A DNA stretch of 64,000 nt from a virus (Duplodnaviria; Caudoviricetes): the IMG/VR virus record IMGVR_UViG_3300017499_000044, positions 30,033-94,032 of that record, one strand, 5' to 3'. Positions 60,885 to 64,000 of the stretch are shown here, one piece after another. A model generated the notes under the pieces. The model searched no databases, had not been told where the DNA came from, and saw only the letters and a program-made list of their open reading frames with translations. Both the position numbers and the translations under genes were made by a program. Numbering within the stretch: the first letter of the stretch is position 1; every line of letters starts with the position of its first letter.

Positions 60885-60889
60885 GTAGG

Positions 60890-61588
60890 TTATATTAACC
60901 AAGAATAATCAAGCTCATCAAGTGAATCCCAATCTTCTTCATCCCATATAGCCTGCCAAACTTTGCTTTCAACATCCTCGTCAAATTCTTCATCTTCTAT
61001 GTTTTGCCACAGCAAAATGCCATCATATGTCATTCTAAACATTCCCGTATTCTGATTTGGAAACTCGTCAGCCCATGCGCCCTTAAACGTAACGTCGTTT
61101 TCGCTACATAAAATTGCAAGCTTTTCCATAATAGGCACGGGAAATGCCCACGCAGTCCTGAACGTCAAGTACTTTCTCTCGGCGTCGGCAACAGGAATCA
61201 ACGCATTCCACTTTGTTCCCCAATGCTTTATATACCAATACCGGCACCAATTCGACGCATGAAGCGCGTATACATCTTCTTTGACGCGCTCGCCAATCTC
61301 AAGCATCTCGCGTTCGGATGAGTCTAACCTTATAATTTGCTCATGAATATCATGCAAGACTTCAGCCTCGCTCATAGTTTCTCCCGGCGGCAGCCGTCCG
61401 GTTTTAACATAACAATAATAATTATACACAAGACGGTTAAACATATCTTCCTCCGTGATGGGAACAAGTCTTTCAAAATCGAAATCCTTCGCGTCACGAT
61501 TATCTAAGCTTCTGATTGACTTAAGTACCTTCCTGACATTTGCCGTGTCGCCCGAAAACAACACGACATTTCTGACCCAGTTCGGCAT
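60890..61588 (-). CDS. DUF1281/YubB-like ferredoxin-fold protein
   Basis: MPNWVRN, FDFERLVP, HWGTKWNA, FRTAWAFP, WADE. Confidence 0.75.
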   Translation of the reverse strand: MPNWVRNVVLFSGDTANVRKVLKSIRSLDNRDAKDFDFERLVPITEEDMFNRLVYNYYCYVKTGRLPPGETMSEAEVLHDIHEQIIRLDSSEREMLEIGERVKEDVYALHASNWCRYWYIKHWGTKWNALIPVADAERKYLTFRTAWAFPVPIMEKLAILCSENDVTFKGAWADEFPNQNTGMFRMTYDGILLWQNIEDEEFDEDVESKVWQAIWDEEDWDSLDELDYSWLI

Positions 61589-61623
61589 TACGCCATCTCC
61601 TTTCTATATTATCAAGCACCTGT

Positions 61624-61881
61624 GGCGGACGTATCTAAGCGGAGATATAGCATAAGGACTCATGCGTAATCTCTGCCAAAATGCCATCCAAACCTATCAA
61701 AGCCGAGCGTCGAATAACCAAATTCCGCGCAGCGGAACTTTGCGTTTTCGACCGACAGCGTAGAGAGGTTTGGATGCAGCTAAAACCGCTTTACTTCCGC
61801 TGACAGCAAGAAGCGATTGCCTAAATATGTATAGCACATTGCAAAAACTTGCATTTAAACAATCAATTGCATACGTCCGCC
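61624..61881 (-). ncRNA. Retron-like msr-msd ncRNA 2
   Basis: 11-bp perfect arms GGCGGACGTAT/ATACGTCCGCC; G 61870 opposite G 61635; shared GCTGTCAGCGGAAGTAA stem; ~92-nt msd-like hairpin 61685-61776. Confidence 0.8.
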
Positions 61882-61888
61882 GAGCTAC

Positions 61889-62429
61889 TTAGCCTACGGC
61901 AACCTTGAAGGAACCGACAATTTCTACAATACTATTGTCGAAATCGCGTTCCTCTTTAGCCAAATTGTCACTTATGAACTTAAGCCCCTCGCCGCAAGTT
62001 TTGATTAAATCCGACAGCGGAATCGCTTCTTCCTCTATCGGAGTTAAATCCTCTTCCTCTATTTCTTCCTCTTCCGTAATCTCTTCTTCCACTTCTTCCT
62101 CTTCCCACAGGTCGCGTTCGTCGGCGTATGATATAATTTCATCGCACAATTCTCTGAAATCATAGTCATCCATCTCAACAAATTCCCCGTAATCATCAAG
62201 GCGGTAGTAATCGCCGTTGCAATTATCAGGCATAGAGTTCAACCAATCTCTGACATCGCGCCACGAATCATGTCGGGCTTTATCGGACAGCACCTCATCT
62301 ATGTATGACTCAACCTGATCGCCGTCATAAAGATTTTCAAAGTATGAACAGCCCATGTCATCACAAAATTCTGCCAAGTCATACCAAGACCAATTGTCCT
62401 TTTTCCTCAACAAACTCTCTTCTTGTCAT
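61889..62429 (-). CDS. Highly acidic protein; true start probably ATG 62429 with a frameshift at an A5 run (~62400)
   Basis: RBS AAGGAGG before MTRREFVEE, out of frame by one base with KDNWSWYDLAEFC...; EEEEVEEEITEEEEIEEED run. Confidence 0.65.
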
Positions 62430-62491
62430 TTTTGATTTCCTCCTTTTAACATTTCGGCGCACCCGTTTAAGGATGCGCCTTTGATTAATTA

Positions 62492-62786
62492 CGCAAAGCA
62501 TAATCTGCATAGTGACTGCAATGTTTAACTTGCTGCGATCAGATGCTCTTGCGGCATACTGACGGGTCGTTGAGCTGGACAAAATCCTTGCGGCAGCAGG
62601 ATTTCACTTGGTTCCTCGACGCCTCGGAGTCTATGATGACAGTCGAGCATCTTGAAGAAACCTTTGGACGACGCCATAGGAGGCGTCCGAATGCCTCCGC
62701 TTCCTCCATTCTTCGCCGCTCGAATTGTTACTTCCGCTGACAGCGGGAAGCTATCTTGATTAGATATATTGCATTATGCTCTTACG
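62492..62786 (-). ncRNA. Retron-like msr-msd ncRNA 1, starting at the RT stop codon
   Basis: Arms (CGTAAG)AGCATAAT/ATTATGCT(TTGCG); G 62772 opposite G 62505; shared GCTGTCAGCGGAAGTAA stem; branched hairpin-rich msd-like region. Confidence 0.75.
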
Positions 62787-64000
62787 ATTTTAAATCTTCC
62801 CTAATACAGCGCACGATATTTACGCCGAACTTTTGGCTTAAGTGATTGATTATGTTATCTATGGTTTCTCCTTCCACCATTCGATAGTAATTCCTGTAGC
62901 CTTCAAGCACCCTCACGTCTCCGATTTCCCATGGGTGTCCATTTTCCCTGTCCAAAATATAGGACGTGAGCATCGCCTGAAACTGACGCTTCTTTTTATA
63001 GCCGACCGTAATCTTGTTATCTTTGTTCAACATCACACCAAGATTCCAGTTGCTTCCCGCAGAAGAGCCGTACCTCGTCTTTCCTGTGTTAAGTGTGAAT
63101 GGAGCGTTAAATTGCTGTAAAGTTTCCATGATTACCTTTTCGATTTCCCTAAAATCAAAGTCATACTTGGACGACACCAAAAAATCATCGGCGTATCTTG
63201 TGTACACAAACCTTTGCCCTTCGTTTCCCCTGAGCTTATTGCAAAGCTCGTGGTCTACAGGTATCATCATTATGTTTGTTATGAGCGGCGAAATCGGCGT
63301 TCCCTGCGGCAGTACATCCCTTAAGACACACAGCGACAACGCTTTTCTAAGCTCTTCTTTCCCGCTGACATACAATGTAACTTCCGAGAATGGATATATC
63401 ATGGATAACATTTCCATTATAAAATCCACCGTCGTGCTTCCGAAGAAATTCTTCAAGTCAAATTTCCCAAACCATCGGCTCTCATTCTGCTGATGCCTCT
63501 TAACAGCGTCTATGGTGCTTCTGTGTTTGATATACGCAAAAGCCGAGGTATGATACAGGGCGTGAAAATCGTCCTCAAAAATGCCTTTAAGCGTGTTTAA
63601 GAGGGTCTTTAATTCGTCGTTCGGAGCGTCAATTCTTCTGTGAGTGTCAGTTATCAGGGACTTAAATTTCTCCGCTGTCATTTCAAACCCGAAACCTCGC
63701 AGATATTCAGCACACTCATTTGCTGTTTTGGATGTCAGATTCTCGTCTTCCACGGTTGAATGTCTCGCCAAAAGCTGCCTTACCTTAGCCGCGACACCGC
63801 CCATAACCACGGAGCTATTGCAACCTATGTATCTGTCTTGGCAGGCAAAGATACCTTTAAATAACGCAGACATTCCCTTGTTCTTTTTGGCTACATAGAA
63901 CGTCTCATACAGCGATTCTCTCGGTTTTTCCCTCACAGATTCCGCCGCTTTGTTGAATGCTCTGAGCCTTTCAATTAGCCACAGCGCGTCTGCCTTTTTG
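62782..64000 (-). CDS. Retron-type reverse transcriptase (5'-partial)
   Basis: YETFYVAKK...RRIDAP, SAFAY, DAVKRH (NAxxH-like), FDLKNFF, LPQGTPISP, YTRYADD, WNLG in place of VTG; frame open to window edge. Confidence 0.93.
   Translation of the reverse strand, partial: KKADALWLIERLRAFNKAAESVREKPRESLYETFYVAKKNKGMSALFKGIFACQDRYIGCNSSVVMGGVAAKVRQLLARHSTVEDENLTSKTANECAEYLRGFGFEMTAEKFKSLITDTHRRIDAPNDELKTLLNTLKGIFEDDFHALYHTSAFAYIKHRSTIDAVKRHQQNESRWFGKFDLKNFFGSTTVDFIMEMLSMIYPFSEVTLYVSGKEELRKALSLCVLRDVLPQGTPISPLITNIMMIPVDHELCNKLRGNEGQRFVYTRYADDFLVSSKYDFDFREIEKVIMETLQQFNAPFTLNTGKTRYGSSAGSNWNLGVMLNKDNKITVGYKKKRQFQAMLTSYILDRENGHPWEIGDVRVLEGYRNYYRMVEGETIDNIINHLSQKFGVNIVRCIREDLKS

Noticed and set aside
62379-62740. 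ORFs of 65-67 aa inside ncRNA cassette 1
   Set aside because: No RBS; the region is better explained as structured RNA. Only the last 16 codons (from ATG 62429) appear to be a real start.
61791-62751. The repeated 17-mer as a CRISPR repeat or simple terminator
   Set aside because: Only two copies ~940 nt apart, each embedded in a larger arm-closed structure, with no spacer periodicity and no U-tail.
62782-64000. RT as a diversity-generating retroelement or group II intron
   Set aside because: Motifs are retron-like (NAxxH-like, QGTPISP, short thumb, no maturase/endonuclease). No adenine-specific TR/VR pair or group II domain V was seen; tail-gene repeats differ at all base types.
1-64000. 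Stop-codon reassignment
   Set aside because: Long genes read through in the standard code; the in-frame stops seen are explained by introns or isolated indels.

Overview
A 64-kb slice of a large temperate siphovirus of a Clostridia-like Firmicutes host, organised like SPbeta. The + strand arm (1-29.9 kb) is late: partial tape measure protein with embedded CHAP and lysozyme domains, Tal-like, Dit, modular tail-fibre proteins, holins and a CHAP endolysin. Promoter-bearing morons are interleaved with it (Panacea-PemK toxin-antitoxin, a candidate HEPN-TM pair, an inverted duplicate of an early two-gene cassette). The - strand arm (30-64 kb) is early/middle: tRNA-Asn, large serine recombinase, dUTPase, PAPS-reductase-family protein, NrdG/NrdD, Gmk, HPr-like, PhoH, ClpP, ThyX, DnaE, DnaG, DnaB, exonuclease/SSB/ERF, antirepressor, MrpR-like repressor with an orphan MazF, cysteine desulfurase and Gp88. 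Four group I introns split nrdD, dnaE (twice) and dnaB. Their splice sites can be read from the sequence, and one appears to lack P9. The most striking element is at the right end: a retron-type reverse transcriptase (5' end beyond the window) followed downstream by at least two, possibly three, different retron-like msr-msd ncRNA cassettes alternating with protein genes. Two cassettes share a 17-nt identical stem-loop motif, AT-G-CAAT at the branch position and opposed G residues, but have unrelated closing arms and msd hairpins. This suggests one phage RT serving an array of distinct msDNA templates. All family assignments come from motif recognition by eye, not database searches. Several apparent single-base frameshifts, two of them in A-runs, may be sequencing errors.
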